DNA of 64,000 nt from Treponemataceae bacterium (GTDB lineage: Bacteria; Spirochaetota; Spirochaetia; Treponematales; Rectinemataceae), in the NCBI GenBank assembly GCA_963678065.2, contig CAXXVZ010000003.1:832001-896000 (forward strand), written 5' to 3'. Of this stretch, positions 1 through 10,406 are shown piece by piece (positions within the stretch are counted from its first letter, which is position 1; every line of letters begins with the position of its first letter). The notes under the pieces are model-generated. The model was given only the letters and a program-made list of their open reading frames with translations. It was not told the origin of the DNA and did no database searches. A program made the position numbers and the translations under genes.

Positions 1-204
1 GGCTACATCGAATCGGCGAGCACAGAGCGGTTTTCCGCCCACATTCTTGTGACGACAAAGCGGGATGTGGTCGAGGGCGAGGTGCTCGCTCCAGTGGGGA
101 ATGCGGGATTCTCGACGGGGGTGCACGTCCACTGGGAGATCCACCGGCAGTGCGGGCAGCTCGATCCATACGAAAAGCGGATCAATCCAGAGGACTACAT
201 TTGA
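1..204 (+). CDS. M23-family peptidase C-terminus (probable phage endolysin), 5'-partial
   Basis: Frame 1 reads ...VGNAGFSTGVHVHWEIH...INPEDYI*, matching the M23 GxSTGxHxHxE and NP motifs. Not in the ORF track because the start is outside the window. Confidence 0.8.
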   Translation, partial: GYIESASTERFSAHILVTTKRDVVEGEVLAPVGNAGFSTGVHVHWEIHRQCGQLDPYEKRINPEDYI

Positions 205-455
205 AGAAGCCGAACGCGTTTCAGGAGAACTCGGGCGCGACGTCGATGCGGCGAGTGCTGGCGCTCGGGTGCTTTGTCGAGCAGGCGTATCTGTACTACG
301 AGTGCGCGAGGACGGGGGCAATGAGCGCGCTGTATGCGGGGATGGCCTGTGAGGTTGGGATGCTGATTCTGTTGTTCTTTACGACCTGGGAGGATTTGAA
401 GGGGCTTGTGGAGGCGGTGAAGAGTTTGAAGGGGCGTGGTGGCGATCAGGAGTGA
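201..455 (+). CDS. putative holin (small two-TM protein)
   Basis: TTG start overlaps the M23 stop, GAGGA RBS upstream, 84 aa with two hydrophobic segments and a charged tail; directly follows the endolysin. Confidence 0.55.
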   Translation: MKKPNAFQENSGATSMRRVLALGCFVEQAYLYYECARTGAMSALYAGMACEVGMLILLFFTTWEDLKGLVEAVKSLKGRGGDQE

Positions 456-469
456 TGAAGGGAGTGGGA

Positions 470-1051
470 ATGTGGAGAAGAATCGGGTGTGGTTTGTGCT
501 TGGCGCTTGTGGGGCTCTGTCCCTCATTCTCGCAGGAGTCTATTTCGCAGGCCGAAGCGTCGCAGCCGATGCAGACAGACGAGTACTTGAAGGAGAGTTT
601 GGTCGACTTGCAGCGGATCTTTCGGGCCTTGGAGACGAACTCAGGGACTATGAAGAGGCCCGTCGGGAGTCTGTCCTTCAGCTTGCCGGAGCTGTCGAGA
701 AGTTGGAGGGAAACGTCGCAGCGGCTGGAGATGCTCTCGGGCTCGTTCGGGAGAATCGAGAGGATATCGTCCGACTTGGACACGAGCTCGCAGAGGCTCG
801 AGGGATCCTTGATGGGCTTGCAGGCGGATTTGTCCGGGATCAGGAGCGTCTTGCTCTCGGTATCCGGGATGTTGCAGAGATCGGAAGAATCGACTCAGAA
901 AATGAGGAGCTTGCTCGACGCGGCAGCGAGAGAGTCAGGGAAGTTGCGGAACGATGTGGAATCAACCTTCCGGAGGCAGAGGATTGAGGTGTGGATTTTA
1001 TGGGGACTTGTGGGGATGTTGGTCGTGGAGAGAGTGCGATCCTTGCTGTGA
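470..1051 (+). CDS. spanin-like protein: signal peptide + coiled coil + C-terminal TM, overlapping the previous gene in another frame
   Basis: ATG at 470 after GGAG; MWRRIGCGLCLALVGLCPSFSQE signal-like N-terminus, Ser/Leu heptads, terminal VWILWGLVGMLVV. Confidence 0.5.
   Translation: MWRRIGCGLCLALVGLCPSFSQESISQAEASQPMQTDEYLKESLVDLQRIFRALETNSGTMKRPVGSLSFSLPELSRSWRETSQRLEMLSGSFGRIERISSDLDTSSQRLEGSLMGLQADLSGIRSVLLSVSGMLQRSEESTQKMRSLLDAAARESGKLRNDVESTFRRQRIEVWILWGLVGMLVVERVRSLL
472..987 (+). CDS. i-spanin (Rz)-like protein: N-terminal TM + coiled coil
   Basis: GTG at 472; hydrophobic VWFVLGACGALSLILAGVYF then a long heptad-like helical region; lysis-module position. Confidence 0.5.
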   Translation: MEKNRVWFVLGACGALSLILAGVYFAGRSVAADADRRVLEGEFGRLAADLSGLGDELRDYEEARRESVLQLAGAVEKLEGNVAAAGDALGLVRENREDIVRLGHELAEARGILDGLAGGFVRDQERLALGIRDVAEIGRIDSENEELARRGSERVREVAERCGINLPEAED

Positions 1052-1145
1052 GCGTGGCGTACGTATACTATGAGCACCAATTGTTATTAACTTAGCATTA
1101 TGTGATATAATAATTAATAATCAGACTGCTACGATAGAGGGAGCC

Positions 1146-1418
1146 ATGAACAGGAAAGATATTCAGGAATTGAGGGTGTATCTGAACTCGCTGAAGCGGC
1201 TCATCGACAAATACGACGACATGAAGAACCGGATCACGTTTCATGAAATCGAAATCAAACTGAATTTCAGGGATGCACGGCAGGGGTCCGAGAGGCTTAT
1301 TGCTGAGATCGAGAAAACGGAGCGAATCATCACAGATTACCTTGAAAAACATCCGAAGCGGAATGACAGGAAAGCTCACCGTTACCTAGAGAAGGTGGGT
1401 GGTACGATACGGGATTAG
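1146..1418 (+). CDS. hypothetical protein
   Basis: GAGGGAG RBS, 90 aa charged helical protein, AT-rich upstream region. Confidence 0.6.
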   Translation: MNRKDIQELRVYLNSLKRLIDKYDDMKNRITFHEIEIKLNFRDARQGSERLIAEIEKTERIITDYLEKHPKRNDRKAHRYLEKVGGTIRD

Positions 1419-1463
1419 CGTTCGGGATGGTGGGGAACTTACGGGCACTCGGTGTCAGAAATT

Positions 1464-2206
1464 CTACAATCCTTTTCGGGTTTCGCGTGCTTTCCGGTCT
1501 ATATTCCGAAACTCTTCGAGGAAGTGGAAGGGGTACTGGAGGTAGGTGCGGCCAAAACCTTCCTGAAGGATGGCGCGTTGAAGCATGTGCCATCGGGAAG
1601 GTATACGTAGGCGAGAAGGCGTCCGTATTTGTCGCGGAGATCCCAGTCGAAGGCGAGAAGGACTTCCTTTCGGAGAAGTCTGATCTTGGTGAAGTCACTC
1701 GCCTCTTTTCCGAAGACTTGGACTGGTTTGCGGGGATCGACAGTCTCGGGGGTGTCGACTCCGAGGAGGCAGATTGTTTCCTCGGGGTGGATTCCCGGAG
1801 GCGGGTTTGCGATGGTGACGTGGACGGTGTCGTTGTCGACGTGTTTGCTGACGTGGGCGGGGAGCATACAGGAGAGGTCGGCGGTGGACGATGAGGCGAC
1901 TTCTGCGAGATCGACACGGTAGAGGTCCGGGTTTGCGGTCAGTTTTGGAGGTTCCGGCTGAGGGTTCGGTTTGGGCGGACGGCGGACGCTGCAAGGTTTG
2001 AGGTGGCGGGCGATCGCCTCGGTGAGGGGGATCGGGATGGAGGATTTCTTGAGGTAGGCGTAACCGAGGGCGTGGTATTTGGCGCCGAATGTGGTGATGT
2101 AGACGGTGGGATCCTGGGACCAGGCGGATATAATGGAAAGAAAGAGGATGAAAACGAGAGGGAGAGTGCGGAATTTCTTCACTGTGTATTCCGGGGCTGG
2201 GGGCAT
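1464..2206 (-). pseudogene. thermonuclease (SNase-like) with signal peptide, frameshifted
   Basis: VDNDT, LLGVDTPE and DKYGRLLAYVY motifs. After CFNA (~1575) the C-terminus AILQEGFGRTY...ARETRKGL continues in another frame and stops at TAG where W (KGLW) is expected. Confidence 0.8.
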
Positions 2207-2449
2207 GGTGTACAGGGAGAACTTGGGTAAGCAGTGGGTTTCAGGTATTCGGGTTGGTTGAATACGATGATGGTTCCCAATAGGCCTATTCCTATGAGAT
2301 GATCTATATGTGATTGTCACCTGTTTCGGGCGCGGGTGAAACGAGAAGGTAATCACGTTCAGCAAACACAAGTGACCATTTAAGGACAGATAGGAATAGA
2401 GTCGAGCACGATTATTCGCTTTTTAGCGAAAACCGGGTTAAAAGAGATC

Positions 2450-3493
2450 ATGAGTCATTATTTATCATATTTTGATTTACTGAAACAATTTGAACAAGAT
2501 ACACCACGTCGATTTTTACCTGTCTCAACAGATTTACCATATGAATGGGTCGATTATGGTGAAGATGAGGGGCGAATTATTACTTCAAGCAATTCCCCCG
2601 CTGCATCACCATATTTGTATAGAGGACAAACAGTTAAAATCACTCCTTGTCTCCCAACACTATTCAGGGGTATGGATTTTGTTAACAGTTTATATGATCT
2701 GAGCATGAAACAAATCTGGGGGTATTATTCGAACAGAGCTAGGATGTTTGAATTTTTTGATATTCTGAGAGAGCATCCGGCAGTCCTGTACTCAAAAAAA
2801 ATAAAATTGCATGTGGATCTAGTGGCAATCGCTCAGCACTACGGATTCAAGACAGAATGCCTGGATATGTCAGAGAGTCCTGCTGTTGCAGGTTTTTTTG
2901 CCACACATGAGTGGCAAGGCAACAGGTATTCCCCGCTGTATAAAGGGGTTGGAGTAATTTACCGAATCGAATGGCCTTCCCGAATGAAAACCAAAGCTGA
3001 GGTTCTCACGTGTCCCCTGGAAGTTATTGGTTATCAAGTTATGCCACGGCCAACTGAACAAAAAGCATGGGTCTATAAGCTCAGAATGGGACAGGATTTT
3101 GAAAGGCAAGATGTAGAGATTTTTACTTTCGATCGAGACCATAGCTGTACTTCATACCTAACTGACCTCTTCAATAACGGGGAAGAATTGTTGCCAGAGG
3201 ACGAACTTGCTGGTTTGGCAAACAGTATTATCCATAATCCATTCATTTCTGAAGATCATTTCATCCTCGCAATGCAAAGCGAAGGAGTTCTGGACGATCA
3301 GATACTCAAAACTATCGAGCAGATTAATGCAACAAATCCCACTACGTTGACGGTCAAAAAAAGAAAAACTGTTCGTTTTCAGAAAAAGCATCTTAAAAAA
3401 ATGGAAAAGACATACTCTGAGAAATGCGATTATTTTCTAACTCATGTAGGATTCAGGCCAGTTTTTTCTCCAAATGTTGAAGAAAATATTTGA
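2450..3493 (+). CDS. FRG domain protein
   Basis: LYRGQ and AQHYGFKTECLDMSESPAVAGFFA motifs; low GC. Confidence 0.85.
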   Translation: MSHYLSYFDLLKQFEQDTPRRFLPVSTDLPYEWVDYGEDEGRIITSSNSPAASPYLYRGQTVKITPCLPTLFRGMDFVNSLYDLSMKQIWGYYSNRARMFEFFDILREHPAVLYSKKIKLHVDLVAIAQHYGFKTECLDMSESPAVAGFFATHEWQGNRYSPLYKGVGVIYRIEWPSRMKTKAEVLTCPLEVIGYQVMPRPTEQKAWVYKLRMGQDFERQDVEIFTFDRDHSCTSYLTDLFNNGEELLPEDELAGLANSIIHNPFISEDHFILAMQSEGVLDDQILKTIEQINATNPTTLTVKKRKTVRFQKKHLKKMEKTYSEKCDYFLTHVGFRPVFSPNVEENI

Positions 3494-3566
3494 TCGGGAA
3501 TGAGTTATCGATATAGCATTGAGCTACTTTTTTAACCCAAAATACTATTCACACAACTTCTGGCTT

Positions 3567-6500
3567 CTATTCCGGATTGCCTTCTCTCGGAAAAACCGGG
3601 GAGCCGGGGGACCAGAGTTCGACCGAGTCGGAGTGTTCGGTGTAGTAGACAGGGTCGGTTGTGATACGAATGGGCTCTTTGAGGCCGGGGCTTGAGTAGG
3701 AGTAGTCTTTGCCGAGGCAGGAGCGGTTTTCGTAGCCGGGAGGGAGGAGGTCGGGGTTCTGAAGGATGGTGTTGAGGAATGGGAGGTCGTAGGCGGGTTT
3801 TGTGGATGCGGGAAGTTCGAAAAGTTCATCGCCGGTTTCGTCGATGTCGAAGGTGGATTTTTCCTGTTCGAGTACTTCCTGGTAGATGGTGTCATGCATC
3901 TCGTCGCGTCGTTTTTGGCGTTCGGGGCCTTCGGCAAAGGAGACGTCGGTGATGAGTTTGGGGAGTCTGGAGAGGATGGGCTGGAGGCGGCCGACGAAGT
4001 TCTCGAAGAGGTGAATGCGTTTCCGCAAGGCGATGTAGACGTCTGTCTCGACGGTGTCGGCATAGTGGAGGTTTCGGATGGCGATTTCGGGGTAGCGCTG
4101 GCCGAGGCGGTCGATGCGGCCGATGCGCTGTTCGACACGCATGGGGTTCCAGGGCATGTCGTAATTGATGAGGGCTCCGCAATACTGGAAGTTGAGTCCT
4201 TCGGCGGCGGCGTCGGTGCAGAGGAGAATTTCCGCATCTCCGGCTTTGAAGCGGCGTTTAATGTCTTCACGGCTCACGATGCTCCATGAACCGTCTGTTC
4301 GGCGATATTCGCCTCCGCGGCCGGAAAAGCAGAGTACGCGGAAGCCGCATTCGCTGACGAGGTAGTCGCGCAGGAAGTCGAGGGTATCCGTGAATTGAGT
4401 AAAGACGAGTGTTTGGCGATAGTTCTGGCTTGTGAGATCGAGCAGGATTGTCTTCAGGCGCAGTGCTTTTGTATCGGTGGGAAGGCGCATGACCTGGGCG
4501 AGGAGTTCGTGGAGGGATCCACGTTCTTCACGGAGGAGGACTTGGCGTTCGGAATTGTGCGGGTCCATAAGATCTGCTATGGCTTGGTCGGTGATTGCTT
4601 CTGGCTCAAGCTCATCATCGTACTCTTCGGATTCAAATGGAAGAACATCTTTTCCGGATATGGCCCGGTCCGATTCGAGGTTCATGAGGCGTTTTTCAAG
4701 TGTTCTCTTGAGGGCTGCGAAGCTTGAGGAGAGGCGTTTGCGGTAGATGGTCATCACGAAGCCGACGGCGGTGCGGGTTTCTTCGGAGGCGTTGTTGTAG
4801 GTGGTCGAGATGTAGTCTTCGACTGCGCTGTACACGTCCCTCTCTTCGTCGGAGAGGGTGATGAAGTCGTCGTGGACGTTGCGTTTGGGAACGGGAGTGG
4901 AAATCATGCCGGCGGCGTAATATTTGCGCAGGAGTTCGCGGGTGTTGCGGGAAACGAGGCGTTTTGTGATGGATTCTCCGCGAAGGATCTTCTTGAAGAG
5001 TCTGCGGTGTGCATTGGTCAACTGGCGGAGGGGGATGATGGAGGGTGCGTGAATGGCATCCATGACGGTGCGGATCGCATACTCGTCACCATTGGCATAC
5101 TTGCGAGCCAGACTGGGTTGATCGGAGGCGCCATAATAGGTTTCAAGGGCGACGAAGAGTGCGGCGGCTTTTCTCATCCGTTCGGGATCGGGGTTGTCTT
5201 CTGCGGTGATGTCGAAATAGTCGAGGAATGAGGACTCTGTCCATTCGGGTGGAACGCCCAGGGTTTTAAGGAGGTCCCAGACTTCGATGGGGCCGACCTG
5301 GAGCGGGGTCGCGGTGAGGAGAAGGAGGCCGTTGGTCCGTGCGGACAATCCGCCGAGGAGGCGGAGCATGCGGTTGGGTTCGTACTTGGGTGAGGTAGCC
5401 CCACCCTTTCGCCTGGCGTGATGGGCTTCGTCGACGACGATGAGATCGTATTTATCGGCCACTTCGAGGAGTTCAGCGCGGTGGTCTTCGCGTCGCATGA
5501 GGTGGTGGGAGACGATGGCAAAGGGTGTCTCGTGCCACGTGTTCCGGCTTACGGTCCGCACGGGCTTTTCCTGGATACCTTCGCGATAGTAGGGAGAATC
5601 GCAGAACGTGAGGGTGGAGCCGTCGTAGATCGGCCAATTGAGGTTGAACTTTTCGCGGAGTTCGAACTGCCATTGCTGGACGACGGAGGCGGGCGCGAGG
5701 ACGATGGCACGTTTGATTTTTCCTGCGAGGATGCCTTGTCTGAGGACGATGCCTGCCTGGATAGTCTTGCCAAGTCCGACTTCATCCGCAATGAGGAGGC
5801 GGGGTGGCCAATGCTGGTACATTCTGAAGAAGGCCCGGATTTGGTGGGGCCAAAGATCGACGGCACCTGTCGCGGCGGCGACGAAATCTCCGGATGGGCT
5901 TTGTGAAGGAGCTAGTCGTATGAATGTCCATGTTTTGGCTCTCTCGTCATGGGCGGGAACGGGGACAGATTCCGGAGGCGCGGGCGATCTTGTGGCGATA
6001 AGCCCTTTGAGGCGTACAGGCTGTTCGCCGTTTTCAGGAAGATAGTCGCGCAAGCCTTCCAGGAGAGCGGTATGGACATCGTAGACACGGGCTCCGTCAT
6101 CGCGATCGTACCAGAGATCGCCAAAGGATGCTTCCTGGGCGTCGACATGGTCGCGGTCGCCCTCTTTCCATGAGCGGAAGACGTGGAAGCCTTCCCAGTT
6201 CTGGAGCCAGCCAGAAGGGGTTTCGTTGTTGCTACCGGAAAACGCAATACGATCGCCGGTCTTGTCCTCGATGATGCCGCCCTTCTCGTGGAAGATGGGG
6301 CCGGGGGTGGGTTTGCGATTTGTGTCGCAGGGGACTGCGAGGCGGACATCAAGATGGCCGTTGGCGATCATCCAGGTGAGAAACTCGAGGGCCTGACGGT
6401 CTTCATCGTTTGCCGGGGTATAATCGAACATGGCAAGGCTTTTTTCGAGAATGGATCGAAGTTCTTCGCCGCGTTCGATCGCGGCAAGTTCGGCTTCGGC

Positions 6501-6722
6501 GAGGGTCCAGCCTACGATGAGGCGCATCCGGCCGCCGTTGACGACGAGCTGTTCCAGTCCGCGGGATATCAGGTTTAATATTCCCGCCGAGAAATAGCCG
6601 GTGGTCCGGTCATACCGGATGGCAGAGGACAGGGCGGGGAAGTAGAAATCGGCGATGAGTGAATCGGTACTACGCGTGCGTTTGTAGAGCGGCTTCCACT
6701 TTGTATCCTGCAATATCGGCAT
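3567..6722 (-). CDS. PLD-like nuclease fused to SNF2 helicase (restriction-like defence)
   Basis: N-terminal HEK...GSNNET PLD-like motif; LIADEVGLGKT, DEAHH, LLTATP and EQRIGRIDR helicase motifs. Confidence 0.9.
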   Translation of the reverse strand: MPILQDTKWKPLYKRTRSTDSLIADFYFPALSSAIRYDRTTGYFSAGILNLISRGLEQLVVNGGRMRLIVGWTLAEAELAAIERGEELRSILEKSLAMFDYTPANDEDRQALEFLTWMIANGHLDVRLAVPCDTNRKPTPGPIFHEKGGIIEDKTGDRIAFSGSNNETPSGWLQNWEGFHVFRSWKEGDRDHVDAQEASFGDLWYDRDDGARVYDVHTALLEGLRDYLPENGEQPVRLKGLIATRSPAPPESVPVPAHDERAKTWTFIRLAPSQSPSGDFVAAATGAVDLWPHQIRAFFRMYQHWPPRLLIADEVGLGKTIQAGIVLRQGILAGKIKRAIVLAPASVVQQWQFELREKFNLNWPIYDGSTLTFCDSPYYREGIQEKPVRTVSRNTWHETPFAIVSHHLMRREDHRAELLEVADKYDLIVVDEAHHARRKGGATSPKYEPNRMLRLLGGLSARTNGLLLLTATPLQVGPIEVWDLLKTLGVPPEWTESSFLDYFDITAEDNPDPERMRKAAALFVALETYYGASDQPSLARKYANGDEYAIRTVMDAIHAPSIIPLRQLTNAHRRLFKKILRGESITKRLVSRNTRELLRKYYAAGMISTPVPKRNVHDDFITLSDEERDVYSAVEDYISTTYNNASEETRTAVGFVMTIYRKRLSSSFAALKRTLEKRLMNLESDRAISGKDVLPFESEEYDDELEPEAITDQAIADLMDPHNSERQVLLREERGSLHELLAQVMRLPTDTKALRLKTILLDLTSQNYRQTLVFTQFTDTLDFLRDYLVSECGFRVLCFSGRGGEYRRTDGSWSIVSREDIKRRFKAGDAEILLCTDAAAEGLNFQYCGALINYDMPWNPMRVEQRIGRIDRLGQRYPEIAIRNLHYADTVETDVYIALRKRIHLFENFVGRLQPILSRLPKLITDVSFAEGPERQKRRDEMHDTIYQEVLEQEKSTFDIDETGDELFELPASTKPAYDLPFLNTILQNPDLLPPGYENRSCLGKDYSYSSPGLKEPIRITTDPVYYTEHSDSVELWSPGSPVFPREGNPE

Positions 6723-6731
6723 GATTGGGCC

Positions 6732-9707
6732 TTACACCTCAGGCCAGAGTTCGAGCTGGGCGGGCTTGCCGATCCGGTCGGAGAAGGCGAGCCTGCGCAG
6801 GTTTTCCAGCACTTCGAAGTCATTGGCGCTCGGCGCGAGGGCTTCCGACAGGTCGATGCCTGTGAATTGTCGCGACGGCGGAAGGACTTCCAGGACGGCT
6901 TCGAGGGTGGCGAGGAAGGCTGCGTCGTCATCAAGACCCGCGCGGGTAATCTGGTCGCGCGCGGTCTGAAGGGTGCCGCGCCTCGCGGCGATGATGGCGT
7001 GGTGGATAGCATCAAGCCGTGAACGCGAGCCGTCGGCCGGGCCTAAGCCTCCTGCGGCGGCCCGTGTCTCGGCGTCCCAGAGGGTGATGTCGGAGCCTTT
7101 TTTGGCGGCGATGTGGCCGCAGATATCCTTGTCGAGGTCAAGGCCGACGACGCGGGCGAGCTGGAGCGCTTCGTCGTACTCGAAGACGGGGGCTTCGAAG
7201 GCGTCCCAGGCAAGGACAAAGAACTCGGTCAGGGAATCGAGGTGGGCTTGGCGGGAGATGGACGAGAGCTGGGCAAGCCTCCATTCGGTGACTTCGCGCC
7301 GGGCGACGAGGAGGACGTCCTCGGGCATGACGAGGTAGGGATCGACCTTCTCGAATTCCAGATCCGTCTGCGCTTTCTTGCCGGATTTTACCGCATCCTT
7401 CGGGCTTGCGCGGCGGACAGGCCACCGTGACGAAAAAACTTCGAGGGCTGGGCCGAAGCTCGCGAGGTAGAGGTCGATTCCGCGGATGCTGCTTTCGCGG
7501 TAGTGCTCGATCCGCTCGCGGACCCGTGCGCGAACCTGTGGCTCAAGATCTTCCCAGAAGACGGTGTCTGTGTCGTTCTGGACGAGGCGTAGACGGCAGA
7601 CAAGGAAGACGGTGGAGTTGCAGGCGGCTTTATCCCTGATGTGCAAGGAACCTTCGGCCTCGGTGTTGACCGGCCAGGATGCGGTAACCACGAAGCCCGC
7701 CTCCATGAGTCCCGAAGTGAGGGCATCCCATGCACCGACTGCCTTGTGGGTGAACATGAGGACCATGATGCCGTCGTCGGTGAGGACGCGGCGGCACTCG
7801 CGGAAGATTGTCATCATGCGGTAGCGGTAGTCCTCGTTGGCGAGTTTGGAGGCTCCCTTCTGACCCTGGAACTTGGCGGGGTTAGCGACAGCCTCGCGGT
7901 CCTTGTCGGTGAGCATGCGGGTGAAGAGCTCGGGATAGAGCTCCCCCGCCGTGCGCTTGAGCCAGACATAGAAGAAGTCTGAAAGTTCGGCGTACATGAC
8001 ATTGTTATAGTAGGGCGGGTCCATGACAACAGCATCGACACTTCCGGAGGCGATTTCTTCCAGATTGTCGGCCGATCCGCAGGTGACGGTGACCTTTGGA
8101 CGATCTGGAGAACTGGCATGGGTATCGAAGTCCAGCTCGGCGTGGGTGCCTGCTTTTGCGGCTTTTCTGGCCGATTTGCCTTCGCCAGGTCTGACCATTT
8201 CGACGAGTTCGGTTATACAGGCTTCGGTCTTTTCAAATGCCCAATCATAACCAAGCCCTGTGATTAGTGGAGCCATCTCGGCGTATGAGGCGACAAAAGC
8301 AAAATCATGCCGGTCAAAAATTGAACGAACACGCCCAATCGTTGAATCCCATCGACATGAACGAGTTCCATAATTTAGCATTGTGTCCAGTGCGAGCGCG
8401 ATATATGCAAAGGTGGCCTTGTCGATTTCGCTGAATTTGGGGTCGGAACGGGCTTCGTCGAGGAGTTCGTGGAAGGCGCGAACACTCATCGCGTGGCACC
8501 AGAGTTGACGCGGATTGAATAGATCGCGCCATTTGGGCATGCCATACTGAATGGGTCTGTCATCGTTTATATCTCTCGGAACGTCCTCTGTCGGGACCCA
8601 GCCACGCATCTCCCACTCGGGGATGAGGTCCTTTACCTGTACGGAAAGATCTTCCATGACGTCATCTACCGGGCGGGGGGCGCGGTAGCCGCATACCCAG
8701 GACTCTTTGTCCTTGCCTGCCTTGGTCTTCTTGACGACTTTCTCTTTGTACACGACGGTATAGAGGCGCTCGCCCATCGCTCCAGCCTGAGCCTGACGTT
8801 TGACTTCTTTCCCGTCCACGACTCGCTTGCAGTCAGGGAATGGGCAGAGGGCATCACCGCCTTTTACTGTGCCTTCGGACTGGTGTTTGAGGTCGGTGAC
8901 GATCTCGAAATGGCAGGTGCGGCCTTCGCTTCCGGGGCCACTTTTTAGGTCGGGAAGGAGTCTGACTCCGGTGCCGTCAGGGGCGAGGCGCCAGTTGGGG
9001 GAGAGGGGGATCTGGCCTCCACAGTAGGGGCAGTGGATGGTCCGGGCAAATAAATAACCTAAAACTTGGCGACTATTTTCTTCAGGTGGGAAGATGCCTT
9101 GAAGATATGGCTCGACTCTTTTCAAGAATGAGCTGCAAAGGTCTCTGAAAAGTGGAATAAGATTGCCACCATTTTTAATCGGTGCTTCTACGGTTTGCCG
9201 TAAAAGAGTCACAGCAACAGGATTGATATCATTCGCGATGGTATCCAACCCCAACCGCGCTGATTCGAAAGGAATACTGCCACCACCGGCGGTCGGATCA
9301 AAAACCACAGGATTGGTGTTGATTCCAAGCTTAAGAGTATTTTTTTTAAGCCATGCTTTCTCTTCATTTGAAGGACTATATGAAAAGGCACGTGGATAGC
9401 CGTAGATATTTAGACCTAGATTCTCTCCGGTTTGCTTAGCAATGTCTATTTTTTTTCTCACATTCACCGGATCTCCATGTATCCCAAGTACATACATGAA
9501 CTTTTTCCGCCCTTCCTCATCCGCCCCGACACTGGCAGGAAGAAGCGCACCGAGAACCGCAGCGCGACTCGCAACAAGGGGACGGCGAGCCCACCAGACG
9601 TGGAGGCGATTGGGTGCCGGAAATGGGGTCATGGGCGTCCGCTCACGTATCGATTCTATTCCAATCTCTGCTATCGGCAACCATTCTTCTATCAGCCTGC
9701 GGGACAT
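6732..9707 (-). CDS. DUF1156-type adenine DNA methyltransferase with Zn ribbon
   Basis: LHVWWARRPL, DPTAGGGSIP (motif I), CPYC/CPFPDC, DPPY (motif IV). Confidence 0.9.
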   Translation of the reverse strand: MSRRLIEEWLPIAEIGIESIRERTPMTPFPAPNRLHVWWARRPLVASRAAVLGALLPASVGADEEGRKKFMYVLGIHGDPVNVRKKIDIAKQTGENLGLNIYGYPRAFSYSPSNEEKAWLKKNTLKLGINTNPVVFDPTAGGGSIPFESARLGLDTIANDINPVAVTLLRQTVEAPIKNGGNLIPLFRDLCSSFLKRVEPYLQGIFPPEENSRQVLGYLFARTIHCPYCGGQIPLSPNWRLAPDGTGVRLLPDLKSGPGSEGRTCHFEIVTDLKHQSEGTVKGGDALCPFPDCKRVVDGKEVKRQAQAGAMGERLYTVVYKEKVVKKTKAGKDKESWVCGYRAPRPVDDVMEDLSVQVKDLIPEWEMRGWVPTEDVPRDINDDRPIQYGMPKWRDLFNPRQLWCHAMSVRAFHELLDEARSDPKFSEIDKATFAYIALALDTMLNYGTRSCRWDSTIGRVRSIFDRHDFAFVASYAEMAPLITGLGYDWAFEKTEACITELVEMVRPGEGKSARKAAKAGTHAELDFDTHASSPDRPKVTVTCGSADNLEEIASGSVDAVVMDPPYYNNVMYAELSDFFYVWLKRTAGELYPELFTRMLTDKDREAVANPAKFQGQKGASKLANEDYRYRMMTIFRECRRVLTDDGIMVLMFTHKAVGAWDALTSGLMEAGFVVTASWPVNTEAEGSLHIRDKAACNSTVFLVCRLRLVQNDTDTVFWEDLEPQVRARVRERIEHYRESSIRGIDLYLASFGPALEVFSSRWPVRRASPKDAVKSGKKAQTDLEFEKVDPYLVMPEDVLLVARREVTEWRLAQLSSISRQAHLDSLTEFFVLAWDAFEAPVFEYDEALQLARVVGLDLDKDICGHIAAKKGSDITLWDAETRAAAGGLGPADGSRSRLDAIHHAIIAARRGTLQTARDQITRAGLDDDAAFLATLEAVLEVLPPSRQFTGIDLSEALAPSANDFEVLENLRRLAFSDRIGKPAQLELWPEV

Positions 9708-9785
9708 GTAATGCTCCTATTTACGATGCACGAACGCGGCAGCATTGCTGCTCAAGTTTTACGGGAGTTGCACACAGGTATGGAA

Positions 9786-10406
9786 TCATACAGATGAACC
9801 CTTCCCGTCCTCAGCTGATCCAGTGCCGACACAGGCAACAAGGCGTTCGAAGGCGTCGACACAGTGCCTGAAGGATCGCGATGCACGATACGCCTCATCG
9901 ATATCAAAGCTGGCTGTCAGTTTTACCTGATCGATGGTTTCGGAGTAAGCGCGTCCTGGAATGAGCCGTTCGGTCAGCTGCCCTTTCGCGTTGCGCTTTG
10001 ACTCAGGATGGATTGGGGCCTGGGCGTCCGGTTTGAACCTGAGAACCGTACGAACTGAGTCGAACGAGGCGAGAAACCAGCTTTCGAATTCCCGATAGGC
10101 CACCACAAGCTCGCAGGGAGTACCGCGCGCTGCCGTTCTCGCGACTTCAAGAAGCTCGGGAGCGCGTTCCCTGGGGCAAAGGTCGTCCGCGTCGAACAGA
10201 ATAAAGATGGCGGCACAGTCTTCCTGACTCCGGGCAAATGCCACGCGTTTGGCAAGCTTTTCCGGATTGGTGAGGTCGGATACCGTGGATCGTATCGGCG
10301 AAGCAATACTCAGGGAGTAATTTCCCGTACGCTCTTGCAGGCGGCGAAGCAGGAGGGGAAGCGCTTTTACCTCGCCGTAGCCTTCGACAATGGGAACAAG
10401 TGTCAT
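9786..10406 (-). CDS. DUF4276-family (TOPRIM-like) protein
   Basis: IVEGYGE, DADD, EFESWFLA, SRSF motifs; translationally coupled to the upstream ATPase. Confidence 0.8.
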   Translation of the reverse strand: MTLVPIVEGYGEVKALPLLLRRLQERTGNYSLSIASPIRSTVSDLTNPEKLAKRVAFARSQEDCAAIFILFDADDLCPRERAPELLEVARTAARGTPCELVVAYREFESWFLASFDSVRTVLRFKPDAQAPIHPESKRNAKGQLTERLIPGRAYSETIDQVKLTASFDIDEAYRASRSFRHCVDAFERLVACVGTGSAEDGKGSSV

